Assembly: GCF_009914755.1 (NCBI RefSeq)
Contig: NC_060935.1
Direction: 5' to 3' (one strand)
Source of the DNA: the human T2T-CHM13v2.0 reference genome, Homo sapiens
Length of the DNA stretch: 64,000 nt
Shown here: piece after piece, positions 39,193 to 51,132 of the stretch
Position numbering within the stretch: the stretch's first letter is position 1
Layout of the letters: each line of letters starts with the position of its first letter
Translations under genes and position numbers: made by a program
Notes under the pieces: model-generated
What the model saw: only the letters and a program-made list of their open reading frames with translations
Databases searched by the model: none
Told to the model about the DNA's origin: nothing

Positions 39193-40722
39193 CTAACTTT
39201 TCCCACTGTTGTATGAAAGACAAAAGAGGTGAGTGGAATAAAGGAGAAAGATCTGGCTGTATCTCCATTCCTATAGACAACTTCAGTCTTTACTTTGGGG
39301 ATATAGGAAGGAGGGAGGACACTTACCTTTGAATCACGATTGAAATGTGTAAATAATATCTTGGACTTGGCTATCTAATCTAATCTCTAAAGCTAGATTT
39401 GAGACTTTAAGAAGTTATAAATCTATTTCTTATCTCAGTGTGAGGAGAAAAGTCAGAGGAAATTCATAAGTTTTAATCCAAATGCATGGAAATATTTTCC
39501 CTCATGAATACAGTTGGAAAGGGCATTTGGAGACAAAACAAAGCTGCCAGTTACTAACACAGCAGAGCAAGTACATTAAGAATTAGTTTATGCACTATAA
39601 TATTTTTCATTTATCCATTTCTGCTAATCCTTCTTTCTGCAATCATGCAAAGAAAGAAACTATTGGTGTTTAATTGCAATAAGCTTCTAATTATGAAGGC
39701 ATCTGAAGCTTTTATGAATACCTGAATGGATGAAGCTTAAGATTTCTGCAAATTTCTCTGCTCAACACTGAGCAATTTCTAATAAACAATTGGTCTTTAT
39801 TGATACTTCCACTTTTACTGCAACTGTGAGAAATAAATGCCCTTGATTAGGTGCTTGGAAAAATAGACTATGATAAGGCAAGCTTCTTAGAAAGGTATTT
39901 GACTAGCTTAGTATTCTTACTTTTATGCAGACACAGCTCATCAGCTCAATTGATAAGATTCAGCACCAAGTTGTGGGTTGAAATGTCATGATGGTATACA
40001 ACATCTTACTTGATGGCTCAAAAAGCTCCCTGACTTAATTTACTTCAATTTTCCCTCTTTATAGCAAAGCTCTCTTCTGAAAAGATACGTCAGATTTTTA
40101 TGACTGTATTAGAGATGGAAATTATAAATGCTGCTTTTATAAAGCACTCAGAGAAAGCATCAGGTGTCAAGATCTAAAACAGGCTGTCAGGATGATCCTG
40201 CATTGACTGCTGTTCTGGCTGCTTTAAGGAGCCTAAAAATATTCACCAACATGCAAACCCAACAGCCCAGACACACATAAGAGGACAAAGCAGGGCCAGA
40301 GGCCAGCTATTTGTTATATAAATAGAACATTAGCATAATAGAAGGTATTTGCTTGTTTCAGCAAGACTACTGTCATAAACTTTGCGGAGTAATATGTTGC
40401 CTTTAATAGAACAGCTCAGCAATCATTACCGGCAGCAGCCACAATATGTCTGGGATAATAATGGATGGCTGTTCAAGCCAGAATTTCCCACCCTATGTTA
40501 CCATTTTAGGAAGTTTGTAAAGGCAAACTGGAATGATAAAAGCTTCAAATATCAGGTGCACTATCATAGCCCGTTGGATGCAAAACCAGATTGAGAGCAG
40601 CAAGAGCTATGCAATTACCTAGGATATTGTCAGTCTGCTACACTAGCAAAGTTCCTGGGGCCTGGCCAAGTTTTAGCTCTTTAATACCAGCTCTCCTTGA
40701 TCCTAGATTATAGAAGATCAGG

Positions 40723-41366
<644 letters not shown>

Positions 41367-41699
41367 TCAGGCAAAGCCATTTCTTCAAGGAAACTAAATT
41401 TCTGCTTATACTTAATCAAAGGTAAACATGTGCAAGGTTTAGAAGATTCATAAGGGAAATCAACCGAGATAAAACAGCATTCTGAAAAGTGTACTGACTA
41501 CCTGTTGTGCCTACTTAGACCACTGGAATTGCTCCTGCACTCCCTCTTCCTCTCTCTCTAAGAATGTTTGCTTCTTTATATTTTAAATTAGCACATCTTT
41601 TCCTGTAGATAACATAACAATTTATAAAGATTTTATCTATCATATATTCCTATAATTCCTCCAACTACAAGAAAACCACTATTAATATTTTATTTTTCC

Positions 41700-41960
41700 C
41701 AGTATTTAATATTTATTATAAACAAGCATGTATGATATAGTGTATATATATCATCATATTTATATGATCATTTATATTAATGTATAGTAACTATGTATTA
41801 TTATTTATATTATTATAAATTTATGGTATATTTACATTAATTAATATATCATAAATATATTACAATTATTTATTTATATATTTATTTATTATATTAAGTA
41901 TATAGTAAATTTATTTTTAAAAATACATAAAAAATCTTTAAAAATAATTTTTTGCAAATT
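41700..41960. repeat. AT-rich low-complexity tract
   Basis: Almost exclusively A/T. Confidence 0.85.
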
Positions 41961-42194
41961 TCATAACTTAGCAAGGCATATTGTTTTATTTCAAAATGTA
42001 TTTCTTTACTAGCAAAGTTGACTACTTAAAATATATCTATATTGAAGCACCAGAACTGCTGACTATTACAAGTTTGTAGGGTCCATAAAGTCAAGCATAT
42101 CTTTATACTAATGTGTAGAAAACCTCTTTCATTTGAAACTTTATGAAAATCAAAATGATTCATTAATAAAAAATGATTCTTAAAAATGTATTAT

Positions 42195-42260
42195 TTACAG
42201 TTTTTAAGATATAATGCTATTACTACTTAATAGACTACAGTATAGTGTAAACATAACACT
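42195..42260 (+). mobile_element. Tigger1/3-like fragment
   Basis: ataatgctatt...cttaatagactacagtatagtgtaaacataac. Confidence 0.6.
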
Positions 42261-43199
42261 AAACTGTATTATTGTACAATAACCAAGGAAATCTACTCAA
42301 AATAAACTTTAAAATTGGGAATGACTATGGATTTTTATTAATAAAAGGGTTTGACACGCTTGAGAAATTAAAATACTTGCATCCAATATGAATCCTGGTC
42401 CCCACATGTTCTGTTCATCTCATAACTATTCATCTGACATTCTCATTATTTGATTATGCACTTGCTTAATTTTTCTACTAGTTATAATATTGAACATTGG
42501 TTTCTATAGAGTATAATCCTTCCAACTTTCTCTTTTCTCTGACAGCATAGGAGTAATTTAATGAAACTGCAACTCCCTCTTTAACCTGATCATCTGATCT
42601 ATAGTCCTCATTTCTATAAAAATTCTGTAATATTTGATAATAGGAACGCAGTTTGACATCCCTAAATGTCACTTGTTGACTGGAAGGGAATCCTAAGTGA
42701 AAATGTCTTTTGTCTCCAACATTGCAAACTGAACTACAACATTTTTGTTACTATGCTCTATAAGTAATAGTTCAATAGTATTTCTCCTTCATTCTCCTAT
42801 GTTCCATGTGTGACTTGCTCAGGCACTGCTTTTTTAAACAACTTCTGCAATGTATAGTTATGTACAGATAAAAATTGCTGAAAATTTTTCATATAGACAA
42901 GGTCTAAAATTCCAAATTTGGATACCCGTAAAATAATATCTGTGGATTTTTCTGTAAGTAATTAGTCTAATCTGACTAGAAAAAGAAAGAAAGGAACAAA
43001 GAAAAAGATGAAAAGTAAAAAATATATATACAAAGAGCTGAAAGTATTTGGTTTTAATAAAGCAAAACTTGAATTAAAAGTAATGGGTTAGATGAGGAGA
43101 ATGAAAGGGAAGTAAAATTTGTCAAGCATCTACTAAATTTCAGTTACAGTATGTTATCTACTTGCCAATAAGCTACTGATAAAAACAAGGATATGTTCC

Positions 43200-43545
43200 A
43201 TTTTTTAAACCAGGCACTGTACTAAGTACTTTACAATGCTATTACATTTAATCTACATAGCAATATGATTACATATGATATATGTGTGTGTGTGCTTATA
43301 CAAATGAGGATACTTAGATTTATATGCTTACAAGATTAACTTGCTAAGAAATTGGCACACCTAACTTTATGGATACAAATTTGTGTGACAGTAAGTTACA
43401 GGCATGTAATTACTGTGCTTTTACTATCTTCTCATAAGGTTTATTTAATCCCCAATTTTAGAGTTCAGGAATTGAGGGTCAGATCCACTGAATAACATAG
43501 CTAAGGACATTCAAGCCCAAATCTGTTTTGTCCCAAATAAGCTCT
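43200..43545 (-). mobile_element. MIR fragments
   Basis: ccaggcactgtactaagtactttaca...atttaatc; cccaattttagagttcaggaattgaggg. Confidence 0.65.
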
Positions 43546-44529
43546 AAATTACCCAACACCATGGAAAATAAATACTCAGTTTTTCAGAGCAAATCTCCTG
43601 GGTATGAAAATATGGATCGCTAAAAAACAAAGCTATCAAGCAATGTTAATCAAATGAATAGAAAAAGAGCTTCTGATTACTCTTCCAGGTAAGAAAAGTA
43701 AAGGTTCTCACCAATCCTAAACTGTAAAGATTTTTTTCCATTCCCATAAGACCAGTCCTGAAAAAACACCAATTCTTTAGGTCAAGATGTTACATTTAAT
43801 TGATTATCTCTGCTTTGGTGTGAACAATCAGAACACATACTCATCAACAGGGCAAACCACTTGAAACAAATCATTTAGAAATGCAAGCAAGACAAAGAGG
43901 AAATTCTTCTCAGGGCAGCTTTCTGAATTTCCCTAACCCATTAAAATATCATTCCCTATAACAAATGATGGTTTCACCATGGAAATTCTGATTTGTAGGT
44001 TTCAGGATAGCTAAAGCATATCCATATTTCAGTATAAATACATACCAAACCATCTTTTTCAGCAATGAGTCAGAAAAATTCTCTGTGAAAAAGACTTTAC
44101 AGAGCTACAAAATACTCACAGAGTGACATTTTTTCTCAAAGGGTAGAACTTCATGATTAGAAGATCTATGGTAATGGTTTTTGTTTTAAATATACTTCCT
44201 TCTTTCCTAGGCTTCACCAAGTCAAGTAGGGGAGGACATCTTCACTCTGCAACTTGCCCTACTGAATGCAGAAAGTACTGTCTACTTAGATAAAGCCTAC
44301 ACTAAAAGGGAATTGAATCTCTGCAAATAAGTATGTGGATCTAATTTCTACCTTCCAGATTAAAAGTATAATTAAAAATGAAAACCTTTGTAGGACTAAA
44401 TTGATTTTGCGGACAAATCTCACTTCTTAGCTTGAGCTGACTTATTCCCAATCTTAAACCCTAATTAATAACATACAAGAATGAGTTTTATTATACATGC
44501 CACTTAAATTAACTGTTAATATCATCTCC

Positions 44530-44690
44530 TGAGCTGCCAACAGAACTTTTCTACAATGATGGTAATGTTCTATATCTGTGCTGTCCAATGTAGGAGTGAA
44601 GAGCCACAGGTATTTATTGAGGATTATCCTCAATATCTGCTAGTGTGATTGAGAATTTTACATTTAATTTAACTTTAATTACTTTTTACA
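44530..44690 (+). mobile_element. MER3 (hAT-Charlie MITE), partial
   Basis: agaacttttctacaatgatggtaatgttctatatctgtgctgtccaat. Confidence 0.85.
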
Positions 44691-44699
44691 CTAAATTTA

Positions 44700-45336
44700 A
44701 TAAACAATTTTGCAACGCTAAACTTGACAACTTAAATAAAGTGGGCAAATTCCTTGAAAGATCCACATTATCAAAGCTCACTCAAGAAGACATAGATAAC
44801 CAGAATAGCCCTTTATCTTATGAAGAAATTGAATTTCCAGTTATAAACTTTCCCACAAAGAAAACTTCAAGCCTGGAGTTTATGGCTTCACTGGTCTATC
44901 AAGCATTTTAAAAACTAGAAAAGTAATGGTCATACACAAATTGTTCATTTCTTCTAGAAAATTGAAAAGAAGAGAATACTTACAACTCATTTTATGAGTT
45001 TTGTCAAAGCCAGACAAAAATATTACAAAAATACCATTACAGACCAATATCCCTTATGAACATACATGGAAAAATTCCTAGCCAGTTCTTAGTAAATTAA
45101 ATTCAACATTGTGTGAAATGGACAACACATCATGATCAAATTGGATTTATATCAGGAATAAATCTTGTTTTGACATTCAAAAATGAATCAATGTGATTTA
45201 TCACATTATCAAACCAGCCAAAGAAAAAGAATGTTTATATCAATAAATGTAGAAAAGTATTTGTTGAAATTCAACTTCCATTCCTGAAAAAACAAAAACA
45301 ACTCCACCAAATAAGAATAGAAGGAATTTCCCTCTG
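44700..45336 (+). mobile_element. Old L1M ORF2 fragment, cut at 45336
   Basis: KLDNLNKVGKFLER...LTQEDIDNQNSP...FPTKK; cagaccaatatcccttatgaacata. Confidence 0.85.
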
Positions 45337-46101
45337 CATTGATTTTGTATCCTGAGATTTTGCTTTAGTTGCTTGTCAGCTTAAGGAGATTTTGGGCTGA
45401 AATGATAGGGTTTGCTAAGTATACATTCATGTTACCTTCAAACAGAGACAATTTGACTTTCTTTTTTCCTAATTGAATACCCTTTATTTCTTTCTCCTGC
45501 CTGATTTCCCTGGCCAGAACTTCCAATACTATGTTGAATAGGAGTGGTGAAAGAGGGCATCCTTGTCTTGTGCCGGTTTTCAAAGGGAATCCTTTCAGTT
45601 TTTACCCATTCAGTATGATATTGGCTGTGAGTTTGTCATAAATAGCTTTCATTATTTTGAGATACGGTCCATCAATACCTAGTTTATTGAGAGTTTTTAG
45701 CATAGAAGGCTGTAGAATTTTGTTGAAGGCCTTTTCTGCATCTATTGAGATGACCATGTGGCTTTGGTCATTGGTTCTGTTTATGTGATGGACTACATTT
45801 ATTAATTTGTGTATGTTGAACTAGTCTTGCATCCCAGGGATGAAGCCAACTTGAATGTGGTGGATAAGCTTTTTGATGTGCTGCTGGGTTCGGTTTGCCA
45901 GTATTTCATTGAGGATTTTCAGGTCAATGTTCATCAGGGACACTGGCCTAAAATTCTCTTCTATTGTTGTGTCTCTACCAGTCCCAGTGAGATGAACCAG
46001 GTACCTCAGTTGGACATGGAGAAATCACCTGTCTTCTGCATTGTTCTCCCTGGGAGCTGTAGACAGGAGCTTTTCCTATTTGGCCATCTTGGAAGTGCCC
46101 C
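45337..46101 (-). mobile_element. Inverted 5' half of L1PA5/6-like element (first ~124 nt of 5'UTR fused to RT region)
   Basis: rc ggggcacttccaagatggccaaatagg 5' end; [26 protein letters not shown] motif. Confidence 0.93.
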
Positions 46102-46580
46102 ATCATTTCTTCTAAAAATATTTAAGCTTCTTGAGCACCAATTATGTTTCAATAAAATCATGACAATTGTGACTTAAGAAAGATTCATTACAAGATGACT
46201 ATAAAATATCATGAAAGATGTGAAAGTTAGATATAAATATTACTGTTTAATCATCTGCCTGCCTAGACTTATTTTTCTCAACAAAGTACCTTACCCTATC
46301 CTTTTAAATGGCCTGTAAATTCTACTGCATTTCACTATGACTGGATCAGATGACATGGAGCAAATGGAATCCTTGTAGCAGTCACATCATGTGGAATACT
46401 GACAACATAACACGAGTGCTTCCATTTCCTCTTCCATATCCAGAGCATATACTATATTTAATCATGGCACATGACTTCAGTAACTTTGCAAATATCTTGA
46501 ATGCTTTTAATAGTCTAGACCTGCAAATGTGGCTAATTAAATCACAAATTTTAACAGCTTTTTGAGGCTTCATTGACATA

Positions 46581-46624
46581 TGATATGGTTTGAATGTATC
46601 CCCCCAAAGTCCCTATGTTGGAAA
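46581..46624 (+). mobile_element. First ~44 nt of an MST/MLT1A-type LTR, truncated at the inversion breakpoint
   Basis: tgatatggtttgaatgtatccccccaaagtccctatgttggaaa. Confidence 0.7.
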
Positions 46625-48111
46625 AAATCAGTGTGCAAAAATCACAAGCATTCCTAAACACCAATAACAGACAAACAGAGAGCCAAATTATGAGTGAACT
46701 CTCATTCACAATTGCTACAAAGAGAATTAAATATCTTGGAATACAACTTACAAGGGATGTGAAGGACCTCTTCAAGGAGAACTACAAGCCACTGCTCAAT
46801 GAAATGAAAGAGGACACAAACAAACGGAAGAACATACTATGCTAATGGATAGGAAGAATCAATATTGTGAAAATGGCCATACTGCCCAAAGTAATTTATA
46901 CATTTAACGCTATCCCCATCAAGCTACTACTGACTTTCTTCACATAATTAGAAAAAAACTACTTTAAATTTTATATAGAACCAAAAAAGAACCTGCATAG
47001 ACAAGACAGTCCTAAGCAAAAACAACAAAGCTAGAGGCATCACACTACCTGACTTCAAACTATACTACAAGGCTACAGTAACCAAAACAGCATGGTACTG
47101 GTACAAAAACAGATATATAGTCCAATGGAACAGAACAGAGGCCTCAGAAATAACTATCATCAGAGTGAACAGGCAACCTACAGAATGAAAGAAAATGTCT
47201 GCAATCTATCCATCTGACACAGAACTAAAACCCAGAATCTACAAAGAACTTAAACAAATTTACAAGAAAAAAACACCCCCAGCAAAAAGTGGGCAAAGGA
47301 TATGAACAGATACTTCTCAATAGGAGACATTTATGCAGTCAACAGACATATGAAAAAATGCTCATCATCACTGGTCATCAAATAAATGCAAATCAAAACC
47401 ACAATGAGATACCATCTCATGCCAGTTAGAATGGTGATCATTAAAAAGTCAAGAAACAACAGATGCTGGAGAGGATGTGGAGAAATACGAAAGTTTTACA
47501 CTGTTCTTGGGAGTGTAAATTAGTTCAACCATTGTGGAAGACAGTGATTCCTCAAGGATCTAGAACTAGAAATACCACTTGACCCAGCAATCCCATTACT
47601 GGGTATATGTCCAAAGGATTATAAATCATGCTACTATAAAGACACATGCACACATAAGTTTATTGCGGCACTGTTCACAATAGCAAAGACTTGGAACCAA
47701 CCCAAATGTCCATCAGTAATAGACTGAATAAAGAAAATGTGGCACATATATACCATGAAATACTATGCAGCCATAAAAAAGGATGAGTTAATGTCCTTTT
47801 CAGGGACATAGATGAAGCTGGAAACCATCATTCTCAGCAAACTATCACAAGGACAGAAAACCAAATACCACATGTTCTCACTCATAAGTGGGAGTTGAAC
47901 AATGAGAGCACATGGACACAGGGAGGGGATCATCCCACACCATGGCCTTTTCGGGGGTGGGGGTCTGGGGGAGGGATAGCATTAGGAGAAATACCTAATG
48001 TAAATGACAAGTTGATGGGTGCAGCAAACCAACATGGCAAATGTATACCTATGTTACAAACCTGCAGGTTGTGCCCATGTACCCTAGAACTTAAAGTATA
48101 ATAATAATAGT
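46624..48111 (+). mobile_element. 3' half of the same L1PA5/6-like element
   Basis: [24 protein letters not shown]...; L1PA 3'UTR and (TAA)n tail. Confidence 0.95.
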
Positions 48112-48357
48112 AAAAGAAATGTTTTAAAGTTTTACAGAAACGATTTTACCTACCTAGAAATAAAATAATAAATCACATTTTTGAAAGTCTTCATTCTTAT
48201 TACCTAAAACATATAATAGCCCTATTCAAAAAAAACGAAAAGATTATCATGGCTATAAGACTGACACACACTGCTATAAGGTTAGGTAGTAAAAGTTATA
48301 TCATATGTCTTAGGATTCATAAGAACTGAAGTGTGAATGCTGTAGGCAATATGTGGG

Positions 48358-48769
48358 TGTATTATTTTGTTTGCGTTGTTACAAAAGAATACCTGAGGCT
48401 GGGTAAAATAAACCTATTTCCTTCATAAATTCACAGGCTGCAAAAGAAGCATGGTACCACAGTTTGCTCCAGGTGAGGGCTTCAAGCAGCTTCCACTTGT
48501 GATAGAAGGGGATAAGAATCCATGTGTGCAGAAATTACATGATGAGTGGAAAACCATGAGAGAGAGAGAAAGAGGTGCCAGGCTGTTTTCAACAACCAGT
48601 TGTGTAGGATCTATAAATGAAAACTTATTCACTCCTGAGAGAATGGCACCAGGTCATTCATGAGAAATCCAGCCCCACGATCCAAACACCTCCCATTAGA
48701 TTCCAGCCCAAATATTGGGCATCAGATTTCAACTTGAGGTTTGGAGGATCAAATATCCAAACAATAGCA
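48358..48769 (-). mobile_element. MSTB-type solo LTR
   Basis: gaatacctgaggctgggtaa...aatatccaaacaatagca; TSD gtggg/gtagg. Confidence 0.88.
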
Positions 48770-48970
48770 GTAGGGAAAGGGAGACACTAATAATATGAAC
48801 TCAGGTAAATAAAATGTAAGATTGCATTCTGAGTATTAAAACTCTAATAATTAAAACTCTAAATATTATAACTCAAATAACTCTAATAAACTATGTATAT
48901 AGTTTATATAAAGTTATACTATATATATAGTTATACAAACTATATATATATAAGCCTCTCAGATTAGGGG

Positions 48971-49166
48971 AGATATCTATCTATATAGATAGATAAATAT
49001 ATAGAGATAAGTAGAGATATAATCTATATAAAATCTATAATGTATATATAATCTATAGATATTATATATAGTGTCTATCCATCTATATCTACAGATGGAT
49101 GGATAGATGATAGATAGATAGATAGATGATAGATATATAGATAGATAGATAGATAGATAGACAGAC

Positions 49167-49205
<39 letters not shown>

Positions 49206-49220
49206 CAGATTGATAGATCT
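48971..49220. repeat. Compound (TATC)/(GATA)n/(GACA) microsatellite
   Basis: Long agat arrays at 49092-49215. Confidence 0.95.
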
Positions 49221-49934
49221 CCCCAAATCTGAGGAGAGGAATGGACATCCAAATTCAAAAAGGTCAACAGGCCTGGAATAGGATAAATCCAAAGAATCCT
49301 ATACCAAGATACATGATAATCAAATCATCAAAAGACAAAACAAAGTCAAAATTTTAAATGTAGCAAAATAAAAGTGACTCTTCATGCACAAGAGAGTCCC
49401 TGTATGACTACCAAGTGGTTTTCTCAGCAGAGACCTCGCAGGCCAGAAGGAAAAGGGCGGATATATTCAAAGTGCTGAAGAAGAAAAAAAAACTCTGCCA
49501 ACTAAGAATGTTAAATCTGGCAAAAGTGTCTTCTAAAAATGATGAATGAAGAATGCCTTTCCCAGACAAGCAAAAAATGATAGTGTTTTCTTTGTTTTTT
49601 ACCACTAGATATGCTTTACAGGAAATGCTAATGGGAGTTCTATAAGTCAAAACAAACTGATGCTAAATAGTAACACAAAAACATATGAAAGTATAAACTT
49701 TCTATATAAATGTAAAAATACAGAAAAGTCGAGAATACTGTAATAAGTGATGAGGGTATCTAAATCATTTTTTATTTTAGTATAAAAGTAAAAAGACGAA
49801 AGTATTAAGAACATAACTAAAAAATGTTAATGGATACATAATATAAAAATATGTAAATTATGATGTAAATAACATAAAATAGGAGAGGAATTAAAAGTGT
49901 AGATGTAAATGGAACAAAAGAACTATAAGACAAA

Positions 49935-50285
49935 TGATGTGGTTTAGCTGTGTCCCCAACCAAATCTCATCTTGAATTTACATGTGCTGTGGGAGGGACC
50001 TGGTGGGTAATTCAATCATGGTAGCAGGTCATTCCCATGCTTTTCTTGTGATAGTGAGTAAGTCTCATGATGTCTGATGGTTTCATAAGGGGGAGATTCC
50101 CTGCACAAGCTCTTTCTCTTTGCCTGCTGTCATCCATGTAAGACATGACTTCCTCCTCCTTTCCTTCTGCCATGATTGTGAGGTCTCCTCAGCCACTCAG
50201 AATTGTAAGTGTATTAAATCTCTTTCTTTTGTAAATTGCCCAGTCTCGGGCATCTTTATCAGCAGTGCGAGAACAGGCTAATACA
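49935..50285 (+). mobile_element. THE1A solo LTR
   Basis: gcctgctgtcatccatgtaagacatgac; perfect TSD ACAAA. Confidence 0.93.
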
Positions 50286-51132
50286 ACAAACAAACAAAAT
50301 AGCAATAGTAAGTCCTTTGCTAGCAAAAATTGTTTTAAACATAAATGGTTTAAAATTCTTAATCCAAAGACATAGAGTGGCTGAATAGATTTTTTTTTTA
50401 AAAAAAGACCCAACTATATGCTGTTTTCCAGAGACTCACTTGAGATTTAAGGACACACAGACTAAAAGTGAAGGGATAGAATAAAAGGTATTTCATGCAA
50501 ATGGTAAACAAAAGATTGCTGGGGTGGCTTTACTTAAACAAACACAGAGGAGGTGCAAGGTGGCTGACTAGAAGCAGCTATTGTGTGCCACTCTCATGGA
50601 GAGGAGATAGAATGAGAAGTAAACACTAGCTCTTCAAATGGATTATCCAGGAGGTAATGTTGGGATTTATCAAATAAGCAATAGTGACCCATGGAGCTCA
50701 GAGAGAAGTAAGGCAGGAAAAGCACACACCCAGGATTGGCATGGCACCAAGAGTGGCTCCCCACCAAGAGGATAGAGTAAGTGAGCAAGAGCATCTCAGG
50801 ACCCATACTTCTGCCATGAGTCTTTGAAATCCTTAGCACAGAAGATCCCCTTGACCTCCTCTTTAGAGCCTCCAGACTAACATGGAGAGTTTTGTGAAAG
50901 CTGGGTAGATCTGCCACTGAAGCCTACATGGAGCCCCAATGGTCTTAGATCCCTAAGTACCCTGAAGCCAGCTTCCATAGCTCCAAACAACAAGGGAGGC
51001 CAGCCTATCTCATGCGCTCTCAGGATAGGAGCTGCATCCTTGGTGCTGAGTAGATGGACTATAGACTTCACCTCTGCTGCACATCAACAGGCAAAGCCCA
51101 TTGGCCTGGGACCCCGATGCAGCCACTCCACC

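Noticed and set aside
40382-40594. 70-aa protein-like ORF
   Set aside because: No convincing splice sites or homology; treated as part of a non-coding island
42478-42672. Possible hAT transposase remnant
   Set aside because: Resemblance too weak to support without a profile search
45970-45990. Spliced L1 retrocopy
   Set aside because: The known 5'UTR donor GAG|GTACC is retained and the junction keeps GT and AG; microhomology deletion fits better
45337-48111. Simple twin-priming 5' inversion
   Set aside because: No TSD pairs 45336 with the 3' tail and the cut L1M does not resume; the TSD instead pairs 46102-46113 with 48112-48123 (kept as an alternative to test)
49092-49220. Forensic STR D7S820 (shares gatagacagattgatag)
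   Set aside because: Flanks and repeat structure differ from the recalled locus
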